Origin: an archaeon | GTDB taxonomy: Archaea; B1Sed10-29; JAJSAI01 | Reading direction: 5' to 3' | DNA: 64,000 nt | Assembly (NCBI GenBank): GCA_024274695.1 | Contig: JAJSAI010000019.1 | Location: forward strand, 29,346 to 93,345 | Shown: positions 46,681-56,510 of the stretch, in pieces | Layout: each line of letters begins with the position of its first letter | Numbering within the stretch: position 1 is the stretch's first letter | The notes under the pieces: generated by a model | Seen by the model: only the letters and a program-made list of their open reading frames with translations | The model's database searches: none | Told to the model about the DNA's origin: nothing | Program-made: the position numbers and the translations under genes

Positions 46681-48396
46681 ATGTATGCGGGCATGTTCGA
46701 ACTGAAAGACAGGGACCTGGGAGCGAGAATCGGTGTTCTGAGCACTAGCCATGGGAAGATAACCACTCCTGCAGTGCTCCCAGTAATAAACCCCGTTTCC
46801 CAGGCTGTTCCAGCAGAAGAGCTTTCTGAGATGGGTGCCCAGGCTGTTATCACAAACGCGTACCTCATCTGGAAAAATAAAAGAGAGGAAGCGCTTTCTC
46901 AAGGGGTCCATGGCCTGATCGGATTCCACGGGCCCGTGATGACAGACTCTGGGGCGTACCAGATGATGGAGTACGGGGAAGTCTCCGTGTCAAACCAGGA
47001 CATCATAGACTTCCAGCGTGACATCGGCGTGGACATCGGAGTGATCCTGGACCACCCCACCGCGAGCAGGGACAGGAAGGATGTGGAACAAGCGGTTGAA
47101 GACACTCTCCTCGCGGCAGAAGAAGCCGTCCTTCCGGAAGGAGTGCTCTGGGCAGGGCCAGTGCAGGGGACGGGCTTCCCTGACCTGCAGCAGGAGTGCG
47201 CTAGAAGACTTTCCGAAATGCCCTTCGCAGTCCACCCCGTAGGATCCATAGTTCCCCGGATGATAGAGTACGACTTCAAGACGGTCGTGGAGGCAGTGGT
47301 CACCGTAAGGGAGAATGTTCCTGCTGACAGGCCCGTGCATGCCTTCGGAGCAGGCCATCCCATGTTTTTTGCTCTTCTCGTGGCAGCGGGAGCAGATCTT
47401 TTCGACTCCGCCGCCTACGCGCTGTACGCTAAGGACAAGAGATACCTGACGGAGCACGGCACGCTGAGAGCAGACGAGCTCTCTGAGCTACCCTGCTCCT
47501 GCCCGGTTTGCTCCTCGTTCACGCCAAAAGAAATCGCGGAGGACGAGGGACTGCTCTCCAGGCACAACCTCTACGTTACCTTTGAAGAAATGAGGAGGAT
47601 AAGGCAGGCCATCCGGGACAAGACTCTTTTCGAGCTACTTGAAGAAAGGGTAAGAGCCCATCCCAAGCTCGTGCCCGCCTTCAGGCAGCTGCTCAGGCAC
47701 AAGAAGTACCTGGAAGAACTTGACTGGTTCCCTAAAAAGAGGGTGATGGAACTAAGCGAGCTGACCAAGAGCAGGCCTGACGTGAGAAGAGCGAAGAGCA
47801 TGGTGGAAAGGACGAGGAAGCTGCTGAAGCAGAGGACAGTTGAGCTCCCGTTGTACGGGCAGGTCCCCTACCCCGTCCTGGACTGCTATCCCTTTTCTCA
47901 GACGGTGTTCCAGAAAGACCTTGAACTGTCATGCCCCGAATGGGTTGGAATGGAGGAAAAGGTGCGGGCTGCGAGCGTGTACTGGTTCGGGTTGGACATT
48001 TTCCCGCGGGACATCAGAGTAGACTATTCTCCCAAGACGAGAAGGGTGAGGGCCGTGTACCATAACCGAGAACTCCTTGCAACGTTCAGGGCAAGCGACT
48101 TTTACATAATCCTTCACGGGGGAGCGCGTTTCTTGCACGGGAAAACAAGGCCTCCTGCTTTTAGAGTGGTGGTGTCAGATCCTGAAGCGGTCAAGTACGC
48201 AAGAGAAGGGAGGACTGTCTTTGCCAAGTTCGTGGCCGACGCGGACCCCGGAATAGTACCGGGACAGCAGGTCCTGGTGACAGACCCTGAGGACAACCTT
48301 CTGGGAGCGGGAACAGCCCTGTTGAACGCGAGGGAAATGAAGGAGTTCTCAAGGGGGCCTGCTGTGATCACGCGCTGGAGCGTTTCAAGATCCTGA
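46681..48396 (+). CDS. tgtA: archaeosine tRNA-guanine(15) transglycosylase
   Basis: MTDSGAYQ, HAFGAGHP, FDSAAY, CSCPVC..HNL and C-terminal PUA domain. Confidence 0.95.
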   Translation: MYAGMFELKDRDLGARIGVLSTSHGKITTPAVLPVINPVSQAVPAEELSEMGAQAVITNAYLIWKNKREEALSQGVHGLIGFHGPVMTDSGAYQMMEYGEVSVSNQDIIDFQRDIGVDIGVILDHPTASRDRKDVEQAVEDTLLAAEEAVLPEGVLWAGPVQGTGFPDLQQECARRLSEMPFAVHPVGSIVPRMIEYDFKTVVEAVVTVRENVPADRPVHAFGAGHPMFFALLVAAGADLFDSAAYALYAKDKRYLTEHGTLRADELSELPCSCPVCSSFTPKEIAEDEGLLSRHNLYVTFEEMRRIRQAIRDKTLFELLEERVRAHPKLVPAFRQLLRHKKYLEELDWFPKKRVMELSELTKSRPDVRRAKSMVERTRKLLKQRTVELPLYGQVPYPVLDCYPFSQTVFQKDLELSCPEWVGMEEKVRAASVYWFGLDIFPRDIRVDYSPKTRRVRAVYHNRELLATFRASDFYIILHGGARFLHGKTRPPAFRVVVSDPEAVKYAREGRTVFAKFVADADPGIVPGQQVLVTDPEDNLLGAGTALLNAREMKEFSRGPAVITRWSVSRS

Positions 48397-49087
48397 AACC
48401 CTCTGCCTTTCTTCCCCACACGAAAAACCCTGGGAATCCCAGGCTCTCTGGTTCTATGCCTACTTTTTTCTTGAGCCTAAGCTTCTGGTGGTCCAGGACT
48501 ATCCCCTGAACGTTGATGAAACCTTCTTCTTCCATGATCTTGTGAACGTTCTCGTTCACCACTGGCGAAAAGTATCCGAGAAGCCCCCCGTTCTTCAAGC
48601 ACTTCTTAACATGAGGGATAACCCTTTCAGGCTCTCCGAGGTCCAGGAAGACCGCGTCGTACGCTTCTTCTTCGCTGCATTCGGTCACGTCCGTGTTCAC
48701 GAGCCTGACGCTGGTCCCGGAGAGGTTTTCTTTGGCTATCTCGTAGAACCTTTTTTCTTTCTCGTAGGAGACCACGTCAGCACCCCAGTTCCAGGCAAGG
48801 AAAGCGACTGCTCCTGACCCTGTTCCCGCGTCAAGAAGCCTTGTCCCTCTTCTGACCCCGAGCATGGCGAGCATTATCCCTGCGTCATAAGGGTAGACGG
48901 GCCTTCCTCCCATCCTGAACATTTCAACATCTTCCTGCAGGCTGGCCCTGCAGGCGAAGAACGTCTTCCCGTCACAGGTTATGATCCCTTCCCTGTCAAC
49001 TTTCACCTTGCCGAACCTTGTTTTCGCGGTCCCGTTCTTGACAGGATACTTCCTGCCCCTCTGATCGTACACTACCAGGCCCATCAT
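48368..49087 (-). CDS. trmI: tRNA (adenine57/58-N1) methyltransferase TrmI-like
   Basis: VYPYDAG, DAGTGSG, SYE and FLDL..P. Confidence 0.85.
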   Translation of the reverse strand: MMGLVVYDQRGRKYPVKNGTAKTRFGKVKVDREGIITCDGKTFFACRASLQEDVEMFRMGGRPVYPYDAGIMLAMLGVRRGTRLLDAGTGSGAVAFLAWNWGADVVSYEKEKRFYEIAKENLSGTSVRLVNTDVTECSEEEAYDAVFLDLGEPERVIPHVKKCLKNGGLLGYFSPVVNENVHKIMEEEGFINVQGIVLDHQKLRLKKKVGIEPESLGFPGFFVWGRKAEGFRILKRSSA

Positions 49088-49195
49088 TTACCTCCTCCCA
49101 AACAAAACTTATTTAACACTACTCTTTTTATATTGTTGGAGCATAGTACCCAGAAGAATAGCGGGCGAGAGGCGTTTGACTTGGACCTGACGGTA

Positions 49196-50164
49196 ATGTA
49201 TTCTGGAAACAACTACAAGAAGCTTCTTGTGATACCCCTCGTGCTTGCCGTGGTGTTCGCGTACTTCGCCATGCACGTCAAGCCGGGGATAGAGTTCGCT
49301 GGAGGCACGATGATCTCTTTTCCCACGAACTCGAGCCCTGAAGAGATTGAAAAGGGCTTGGCATCACACTTTTCTTTAGAGGAGCTTAAAGTGAGAAGAG
49401 CCTCTGGCGCCATTTCAGGAGTCATAGTAGAATTCAAGGGAGAATCTTCCCTTGAAAAAGCCCGGGAAGCCTACGCCTCAGGTGACTACGAGGAAGTGTT
49501 CAAGGCCCTCGGAGAACCTGTTCCCGCGGACGGGAACATCACAGACCAGGCGTTTAAACTGTACAATTCCAGGAAGACCGAGTTCACGTCAAAACTATCC
49601 CAGTTCATCTCTTCAGAATACGGTGTGAACCCGAAGGACATCTCAGTAAGAGAGGTGGGCCCTTCCCTGGGAACCGTTTTCCTGTCCCAGATGGAGAGCG
49701 CGCTGGCGTTCGCCTTCGTGCTCATGAGCATGCTCGTGTTCTTCTTCTTCCGGAAGGTCCTTGTCTCGCTTGCGGTCATACAAGCGGCCTTGTTTGACGT
49801 GCTCGTGGGCCTCGGATTCATAGGTTTGGCGGGAATACCCCTGAGCCTGGCGAGCGTGGCCCCCCTGCTAATGCTCATAGGGTATTCTGTGGACACTGAC
49901 ATAATGCTGAGCGATAGGGTGCTAGGAAGAAAGGAGGGCACTCCCGAACAGAGACTATTCTCTGCCATGAAGACAGGATTGACCATGACAGGAACAACCA
50001 TCGCCGCTCTCGCGGCCCTTTACGTTGTGGCTGCAATAGGAGGGGTGGAAACACTTTCCATGATAGCCCTCATCCTACTGGTGGGCTTGTTAGGAGACCT
50101 GGTCTCCACGTGGTGCACTAACGCTTCAATACTACTCTGGATAAGCAGGAGGAGTAAAAAGTGA
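49196..50164 (+). CDS. secF: protein translocase subunit SecF
   Basis: GIEFAGGT, VGPSLG and LMLIGYSVDTDI. Start codon uncertain. Confidence 0.92.
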   Translation: MYSGNNYKKLLVIPLVLAVVFAYFAMHVKPGIEFAGGTMISFPTNSSPEEIEKGLASHFSLEELKVRRASGAISGVIVEFKGESSLEKAREAYASGDYEEVFKALGEPVPADGNITDQAFKLYNSRKTEFTSKLSQFISSEYGVNPKDISVREVGPSLGTVFLSQMESALAFAFVLMSMLVFFFFRKVLVSLAVIQAALFDVLVGLGFIGLAGIPLSLASVAPLLMLIGYSVDTDIMLSDRVLGRKEGTPEQRLFSAMKTGLTMTGTTIAALAALYVVAAIGGVETLSMIALILLVGLLGDLVSTWCTNASILLWISRRSKK

Positions 50165-51705
50165 AGAACGCTAGGCTAAAGCTTTACGTGATATCATTCA
50201 TTGTCATAGGGCTGGTCCCATTCGCATTCAAGCCCCTTCAGTTCGGCATGGACTTCACGGGCGGGACCATAATAAACATCCAGTTGTCCGAGCCCGTGGA
50301 AGGTCCTGAAAAAGAGGCTCTCGTGAGAGTGCTCCAGGACAGGCTTAACAAGTACGGGCTGAAGGACATGAAGGTCAGGCCAGGGGGCCCTGACTTTGTG
50401 ATGGTTGAAGTGGCTGAAACAGACCCTAAGACCATAGCATCAATACAAGAGATCATAAGCGAGCAGGGAAGATTCGAGGCCATGTTCGAGGGCAAGCCGA
50501 TCCTGGAATCGGACGACATTGTTGGAGTGGTCTCCGACCCTGCCCAGGGGTACAAGGTATACCGCACGGGAAACGGGTACGGCTGGAGCGTGCCCTTCCT
50601 CGTCAGCCCAGAGGGTGCGGAAAAGTTTTTCAGCGCGGTGGCCGGAAGGTGCACTCTGGATCCTAAGGACCCGAGCGGGCAGCAGTGTCTTGAAAAAGTT
50701 TACATGTTCATAGACAGGCCGCAGAACGCGGTCCTCCTCATGACCCCTGAAGAGTACGCGAAAGAAAAGAGCATACCCGAGCAGTTCGACCAGCCGAGGG
50801 AAGGGCCTAGTGTCAGCACTGTCCCGCTGGACGAGCTCTTGAGCCAGTCAGGAATAGGTCTGATCGTCACAGACTCTGTTGACAGCACGGTCCTGGAAAA
50901 GGTGGCGAACAAGACTGTGATAATCCAGAAGGGAAGCCCTCTTGAGAAGTACACCGACTACCTTAACAAAACAGCCGCGAGGGTGGTGGTGAAGGCAAAA
51001 CCCGAGGGCGTTAAGTACTTTGTCCCGTACGCTATTAACCTGCAGAGCATTGTGAGGCTAACGGAGGGCGTGACAGTAAGGGAGATATACAACCCGTCCA
51101 TCACAGGATACGCTCCCACGCTTGAGGACGCCATTGCGCAGAGGGACAGGATCAGGATAATCCTGGAGTCAGGCAAGCTCCCTGTGACAGTACAAGTTTC
51201 AGGAGTGTCCACGATATCCGCGTCCCTCGGCAGACAGTTCCTATACTACTCGGGCGTGGCGGGACTGTTCGCGATACTCACAGTATCCGGAGTAGTGTTC
51301 TTGAGGTACAGGAAGCCAAAGCTCTCCGCGGCCATGGTGATGATAAGCATGACTGAAGCGATCATGATCCTTGGGATGGCTGCGTGGATAGGCTGGCAGC
51401 TTGACCTTCCAGCGGTGGCAGGAGTGATCGCGGCAGTGGGTACTGGAGTGGACCACCTCATAATAATCACTGACGAGGCCATGAGAGGAGTTTCAGAAAA
51501 GAGGGTGGGTCTGGCGGCGAAAATACGCAGGGCAGTGAACATAATAATGATGGCTGCTTTCACGACGATAATAGCCATGTTCCCCCTGTTCACCCTCGGG
51601 CTTGGCGCGCTGAAAGGATTCGCTCTCACGACCATACTCGGTTCTCTCATGGGAGTCTTTATAGCCAGGCCCGCTTACGCCGAGCTTGTAGGGAGGCTGG
51701 TTTGA
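50161..51705 (+). CDS. secD: protein translocase subunit SecD
   Basis: GMDFTGGT, RLNKYGL.D, LESGKLP, GTGVDH.III.DE and GFALTT. Confidence 0.92.
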   Translation: MKNARLKLYVISFIVIGLVPFAFKPLQFGMDFTGGTIINIQLSEPVEGPEKEALVRVLQDRLNKYGLKDMKVRPGGPDFVMVEVAETDPKTIASIQEIISEQGRFEAMFEGKPILESDDIVGVVSDPAQGYKVYRTGNGYGWSVPFLVSPEGAEKFFSAVAGRCTLDPKDPSGQQCLEKVYMFIDRPQNAVLLMTPEEYAKEKSIPEQFDQPREGPSVSTVPLDELLSQSGIGLIVTDSVDSTVLEKVANKTVIIQKGSPLEKYTDYLNKTAARVVVKAKPEGVKYFVPYAINLQSIVRLTEGVTVREIYNPSITGYAPTLEDAIAQRDRIRIILESGKLPVTVQVSGVSTISASLGRQFLYYSGVAGLFAILTVSGVVFLRYRKPKLSAAMVMISMTEAIMILGMAAWIGWQLDLPAVAGVIAAVGTGVDHLIIITDEAMRGVSEKRVGLAAKIRRAVNIIMMAAFTTIIAMFPLFTLGLGALKGFALTTILGSLMGVFIARPAYAELVGRLV

Positions 51706-52398
51706 TTGGAGAGGATCCCCACAGGCATAAGCGGTCTTGACGAGTTCATAGGAGGAGGCCTGATAAGGGGCAGCACTAACCTGCTGAAAGGCCCTTCAGG
51801 AGTGGGGAAGAGCGTGATGGGCCTCCAGTTCTTGTACGCGGGCGCGGTAGACTACGGGGAAAACGGACTGATGATCCAGGTTCACGGTTACCCTACTGAC
51901 ATAGAATGGTACCAGTCAGCATTTGGGTGGGACTTTTCAAAACTCTCGGAAGAAGGCAAGGTTATCTTCACCGCGTTCTCTCCCTCTGACCTCTCAAAAT
52001 TTGAGCTCAGGACCCTCCACTCTGACGTGATCCTGCAGCTCTACAAGATAATAGGTGAAGTGAAGGCGAAGAGAATAGTCTTTGACTCTATAACCCCTGT
52101 CGGGTTCAGTTTTTCTGAGAGAAGAGAATACCGGAACGTGATCTACCTTCTCTCTAAGGCCCTGAAAGAAAAGGGGTGCACGAGCATATTCATATCAGAA
52201 TGCGATCCTGACGGGAAGTCCTTCTTCCCTGAAGAGGACTTCGTGTTTGACAGCGTGTTCCGGCTTTCCAGGACCCGGGAAAAAGGCCAGGTCATAACAC
52301 AGCTTCACGTTGACAAGATGGTGGCCTCCGATCCTGTGAAACAACCTCTCCCAGTAGACATCACCGATTCCGGGATGATAGTCATACCTCCGTTCTGA
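51706..52398 (+). CDS. single-domain KaiC/RAD55-like ATPase
   Basis: RIPTGISGLDE..GGG, GPSGVGKS and RIVFDS. Confidence 0.88.
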   Translation: MERIPTGISGLDEFIGGGLIRGSTNLLKGPSGVGKSVMGLQFLYAGAVDYGENGLMIQVHGYPTDIEWYQSAFGWDFSKLSEEGKVIFTAFSPSDLSKFELRTLHSDVILQLYKIIGEVKAKRIVFDSITPVGFSFSERREYRNVIYLLSKALKEKGCTSIFISECDPDGKSFFPEEDFVFDSVFRLSRTREKGQVITQLHVDKMVASDPVKQPLPVDITDSGMIVIPPF

Positions 52399-52433
52399 AA
52401 CTTTTTTATACCCCCGCAATCCTTTTCATTCTC

Positions 52434-52844
52434 ATGAAGTTTGTGATAGTGGTCACGCTTTTGGTCGTGCTGTTCATAGCCAGCATGCTCTTGTTCCCGT
52501 ACGCTGGAGAAATAGCATCCTCCCTTACCCCCAAGCCAACACCGAAGCTGAAGGTCTGGGTGGATAAAGAACCAGCGCCAGTGTACGATCCTGAAAACTG
52601 CACGATACAAGCCCAGTGGACGATAGCCAATGACGGGGATCCTGCCTCCGACATTCTGGTAGAGCTGGCGGTCCTTGACAAAAGCACGGGAGAAACCGTG
52701 GCAAAGAAAATAGAAACGGTGGGCAGGATAGAAAAAGGACAGGAAAACAGCAGGCTCGTGAAGATGGTTGTAGGCTGCGTTAACGTGAGCCAGGGCAGCG
52801 TGTTGTACGAGGTGACCGCGAGAATAGTCAACTACTCTGTCTGA
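52434..52844 (+). CDS. exported small Ig-like hypothetical protein
   Basis: Signal/TM, P-rich linker and beta-rich domain (IANDG). Confidence 0.65.
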   Translation: MKFVIVVTLLVVLFIASMLLFPYAGEIASSLTPKPTPKLKVWVDKEPAPVYDPENCTIQAQWTIANDGDPASDILVELAVLDKSTGETVAKKIETVGRIEKGQENSRLVKMVVGCVNVSQGSVLYEVTARIVNYSV

Positions 52845-53490
52845 ACACTTCTCCTGAGAACACAGCATGCTCTTCTCCTGGCACAGCATCCTGCACGAAC
52901 CCGAGCCAGTACACTATCCCCCCCGGGCCGAACGCGCGCCTGTACTTTTCCAGCTGGCCTTTCCAGTCCCTCCTCATGTCCTCTGGAGAGCCGAAGTAGT
53001 ACTTGCATTCAAGCCAGTTCAGCACGCTACCGTGAATCCGGACAGGCTCGGGGAACAGGAAATCAGGCCTAAGTTTTCCCTCCAGCTCATCCCCGCGCAG
53101 GAACCTCACCCCCCTGCGCGAAAGCCAGTCCGCCACAGCGTTTTCCACCATCCTGCCGTTTGACCTTGCTCTCCTGACAGCAGAAGAGGAGTAAAACAAG
53201 TCCCTCTCTTCAGCCTCCTGCATTTCTTTTTCCAGCCTTGGGCTTGAGCCTATTTTCTTGCGTATCATTTTGCCCAGGAGAACTGGTGGAATACCATGCC
53301 TCCTGGAAAGCAGGAGAATGCTTTCTCCCGAGAGCCATTCCCTCTCTATCCCCGAGTTCAACACCCTGTGGTAACTCCTCTTAACGTTCCTGACAACCTT
53401 TTTCTCTAGTATGTTCAGGAGCAGAGGATTATTACCAACATTGTCTTCAGAAACCTCTTGGAAGACTTTCCAGTACTCTGATTCTTTCAT
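52828..53490 (-). CDS. C15orf41/CDIN1-family PD-(D/E)xK nuclease-like protein
   Basis: RPDFLF...NWLECKYYFG...QLEKY...FGPGGIVYWLGF. Start chosen from TATA spacing. Confidence 0.75.
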   Translation of the reverse strand: MKESEYWKVFQEVSEDNVGNNPLLLNILEKKVVRNVKRSYHRVLNSGIEREWLSGESILLLSRRHGIPPVLLGKMIRKKIGSSPRLEKEMQEAEERDLFYSSSAVRRARSNGRMVENAVADWLSRRGVRFLRGDELEGKLRPDFLFPEPVRIHGSVLNWLECKYYFGSPEDMRRDWKGQLEKYRRAFGPGGIVYWLGFVQDAVPGEEHAVFSGEVFRQSS

Positions 53491-53546
53491 GTTACTACTT
53501 TCAGGAAGAACACTTTTATAATACATTACAGCCAAAAGGATTTAAC

Positions 53547-54140
53547 ATGCGGCTCTTGTACAAGGGTGCAGAGGCGGAGCTCTGGCGCACGGAATACCTC
53601 GGCATCCCCGCGGTAATGAAAAAAAGGTTCAGGAAGAAGTTCATCCTCCCTGAACTGGACGAGAGGATAAGGTTCCAGAGGATCAGGAGAGAATGCCTGA
53701 TGCTCTCCCAGGCCAGGCGGGCTGTCAGAACTCCGTTCGTGCTAGCAGTGGACAAAAGAGACTGCTCTTTTCTCATGGAGTTCATCCCAGGAGAGAAGGT
53801 CCGGGACCTGTTTTACAAGGGAGAAAAACTAGGACTGTCAGAGGAGATCGGGAAAAAAATCAGGGGACTGCACGAGCTTGACATAATACACGGCGACCTT
53901 ACGACCTCAAACATGATCCTGGAGGAAAAGGGAGAACTCTGCTTTATAGACTTTGGCCTGGCGTTCAAGAGCGCAAAAGAAGAGGATAAGGCCACTGACC
54001 TGCTCGTCTTCAAGAGAATGATATACTCCACCCACCCTGAGCACGCTGACACCATCTGGTCTGGTGTGTGCAAGGGCTACTCTGACGAGAAAGTCCTCGC
54101 GAAAGTGGAGGAAATAGAGTCACGGGCAAGATACCTGTGA
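53547..54140 (+). CDS. bud32: KEOPS kinase Bud32
   Basis: GAEA, IIHGDLTTSN, IDFGL and IESRARY. Confidence 0.95.
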   Translation: MRLLYKGAEAELWRTEYLGIPAVMKKRFRKKFILPELDERIRFQRIRRECLMLSQARRAVRTPFVLAVDKRDCSFLMEFIPGEKVRDLFYKGEKLGLSEEIGKKIRGLHELDIIHGDLTTSNMILEEKGELCFIDFGLAFKSAKEEDKATDLLVFKRMIYSTHPEHADTIWSGVCKGYSDEKVLAKVEEIESRARYL

Positions 54141-54180
54141 AGGGAAACTTTTTTAAATGCCTTCACAGGAAATTCTTGTA

Positions 54181-54268
54181 GTGTTCGCACTAGTTTGCGA
54201 GCAGGTCCTGCAATCGAGGGCCCCGGATGAACACGGGGGCGCCTGTCGCAGGGCAAGGGTGATGTAAG
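54181..54268 (+). promoter_or_regulatory. structured 5' leader of rps15 (candidate uS15 autoregulatory element)
   Basis: TATA at 54149-54157; GUGUUC/GAACAC closing two internal hairpins; then CCUG/CAGG hairpin and Shine-Dalgarno GGUGA. Confidence 0.55.
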
Positions 54269-54730
54269 ATGGCTAGAATGCATGCTAGGAGAAGAGGGAA
54301 GAGCGGGTCAGTGCACCCGCCGATAAAAACCAGCCCCAAGTGGGTTGAGCTGTTCAAGGATGACATTGAGAAGGTCATCTGTGATCTCGCTAAACAGGAC
54401 AAGACCATGAGCGAGATAGGGATGATCCTCAGGGACCAGTACGGCGTGCCCAGTGTGAAGGCGGTTCTCGGAAAATCAATAAAACAGGTGCTGGAGGAGA
54501 ACAAGCTCGCTCCAGAGTATCCTGAGGACCTAATGAACTTGATGAGGAAAGCGGTCAAGCTGAGGAAACACCTCTCGGTCCACAAGAAGGATATTCACAA
54601 CACGCGAGCCCTACAGCTTGTGGAGTCCAAGATAAGAAGGCTCGCAAAGTACTACACGAGAGTAGGCCAGCTCCCGCAGGGCTGGAGGTACACGCCTGAA
54701 AAGGCGGCATTGATAGTCAAGGAAAGGTGA
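54269..54730 (+). CDS. rps15: 30S ribosomal protein uS15
   Basis: MARMHARRRGKSGS...IGMILRDQYG...ESKIRRLAKYY. Confidence 0.98.
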   Translation: MARMHARRRGKSGSVHPPIKTSPKWVELFKDDIEKVICDLAKQDKTMSEIGMILRDQYGVPSVKAVLGKSIKQVLEENKLAPEYPEDLMNLMRKAVKLRKHLSVHKKDIHNTRALQLVESKIRRLAKYYTRVGQLPQGWRYTPEKAALIVKER

Positions 54731-54736
54731 TAAGGA

Positions 54737-55333
54737 ATGGCTGCGCAGAAAAGAGGGGTAAAGAAGGAGAGGAAGGCCACCGACACTTGGAAGAAGAAAG
54801 TGTGGTACACGGTAATCTCTCCCAAGGAGTTCGAGTCCAAGGAAGTCGGCACAACGCCAGCCCTGAAGCCTGAACAGGTTCTGAACAGGATAATAAGAGT
54901 GTCCCTCAGAGACGTTACGGGGAACATCGCTCACCAGGCGTACACCATGCTGTTCAAGGTAAAGGAAGTGAAGGGCACGACCGCGCACACCGAGACAGCA
55001 GGGTTTGAGATGGTCAGAGAACACTTCAGAAGGAATGTGAGAAGAGGAAGGAGCATGATAACAGCAATACACGATCTAAAAACAAAGGACGGGAGAAAAG
55101 CGCAGATGACCCTGCATGTTTTCACACTTGGAAGGATAAACACGGAGAAGAAGGATCAGATACGGAAGATAGCCGTTCAGACCATTGACGAGATAGCTGG
55201 AGAGGAGACCCTGCACGGTCTCGTGAAAAAAGCGCTGTATGGAGAGCTCGGCGCAGAAGTTAAGAAGAGGGCAAAGGCGCTCTGTCCTATAAGGACAGCC
55301 ATAGTGAGCAAGCTAGAAATCCAGGGCGTCTGA
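54737..55333 (+). CDS. rps3ae: 30S ribosomal protein eS1 (S3Ae)
   Basis: DTWKKKVWYTVISP..F; follows rps15. Confidence 0.93.
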   Translation: MAAQKRGVKKERKATDTWKKKVWYTVISPKEFESKEVGTTPALKPEQVLNRIIRVSLRDVTGNIAHQAYTMLFKVKEVKGTTAHTETAGFEMVREHFRRNVRRGRSMITAIHDLKTKDGRKAQMTLHVFTLGRINTEKKDQIRKIAVQTIDEIAGEETLHGLVKKALYGELGAEVKKRAKALCPIRTAIVSKLEIQGV

Positions 55334-55335
55334 AG

Positions 55336-56004
55336 ATGATTCAGACCATGCTCCTCCCCCTTGCCATAGGCCTGCTGGCCATGGCCGGGGGGACAATAAG
55401 CCTTTCAGGAGGAGTATCAGGAATTCTCCTGGGGTACATTATAGTATTATCCCAGGGGATAGAATGGTTCTACCTCCTTCTACTATTTTTCGTTATAGGA
55501 GAGGCTGCCACAAAGTACAAGCACAGGCTTAAGTGCCTGAAGAAAGTTCACCAGAAGAAGAGAACCTCAAAGCACGTTGTCGCTAACGGCGGTATCGCGG
55601 CCCTAATGTCCATGCTGGGAGGCCCTGCGGGAATGTACGGTTTTCTTGGAGCGCTTTCAGCAGCAGTGAATGACACTGTCTCATCCGAGATAGGCGTGCT
55701 GTCAAAAAGGGATCCTGTCATGATAACGACTTTCGAGAAGGTCCCTCCTGGAACGAATGGGGGAGTAAGTGTTCTCGGGACTGTCATGGGGCTCGCAGCG
55801 TCAGCAGTGTTTGCCGCCGCGGCCTGGGCTCTGCTGGGAGCATCCCCCGCTCCTGTAATCCTGGCAGGAGTTATGGGATGCTTTGCGGACTCTCTGTTCG
55901 GGGCACTGGTTTAAAACCGCGGAATCGTGGGCAACAGTTCTACCAACATAATCGCAACCCTCTCAGGAGCTCTTGGCGGGATGATACTATGCTTGATCCT
56001 CTAG
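55336..56004 (+). CDS. DUF92 (TMEM19/VTE6-like) membrane protein, with in-frame TAA at 55912-55914
   Basis: VVANG, DTVSSEIG, ITTFEKVPPGTNGGVS.LG and DSLFGALV*NRGIVGNSSTNIIAT. The conserved C-terminal helix lies beyond the stop. Confidence 0.85.
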
Positions 56005-56510
56005 GCCTTGACCCGTTGCTGTCAGCCCTGCTCATGTTCTTTCCAGCGTACGTGGCAAACTTCTCTCCCGCGTTCATGTCAGGCCTTCTCAGATGGAAGT
56101 GGCATCCCATCGACAGGGGCAGAAAATGGTCTGACGGCAGGAGAGTTCTTGGGGACGGGAAGACCCTTGAAGGGGTTATACTAGGAATCGTGACAGGAAC
56201 ACTTGCAGGAGCAGCACTGTCTTTATTCTTCGGACAAGACCTCCTGCTTCCAGCATTCCTCGCTTCCGCGGGAGCCATGCTCGGGGATGCTGTCGGCAGT
56301 TTTTTCAAGAGAAGAGCAGGAGTGCCACGGGGAGGAATGTGGTTCCCTGTGGACCAGCTTGATTTCCTCGCGGGGGCCGTGGCCCTCATGAGCCCGGTTT
56401 ACCTGCCTGGAGCGGGCGCGCTTTTGTTCGTCGCGCTCGTGACCATCGCGTTCCACTTGTCACTGAACCTCGCAGGATGGGCTTTGGGGTTAAAGAATGT
56501 TCCGTGGTAA
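55989..56510 (+). CDS. carS: CDP-archaeol synthase
   Basis: PAYVAN, PID.G....DGRRVLGDGKT.EG, GD..GSFFKRR, DQLDF and LGLKNVPW. Confidence 0.93.
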   Translation: MLDPLGLDPLLSALLMFFPAYVANFSPAFMSGLLRWKWHPIDRGRKWSDGRRVLGDGKTLEGVILGIVTGTLAGAALSLFFGQDLLLPAFLASAGAMLGDAVGSFFKRRAGVPRGGMWFPVDQLDFLAGAVALMSPVYLPGAGALLFVALVTIAFHLSLNLAGWALGLKNVPW

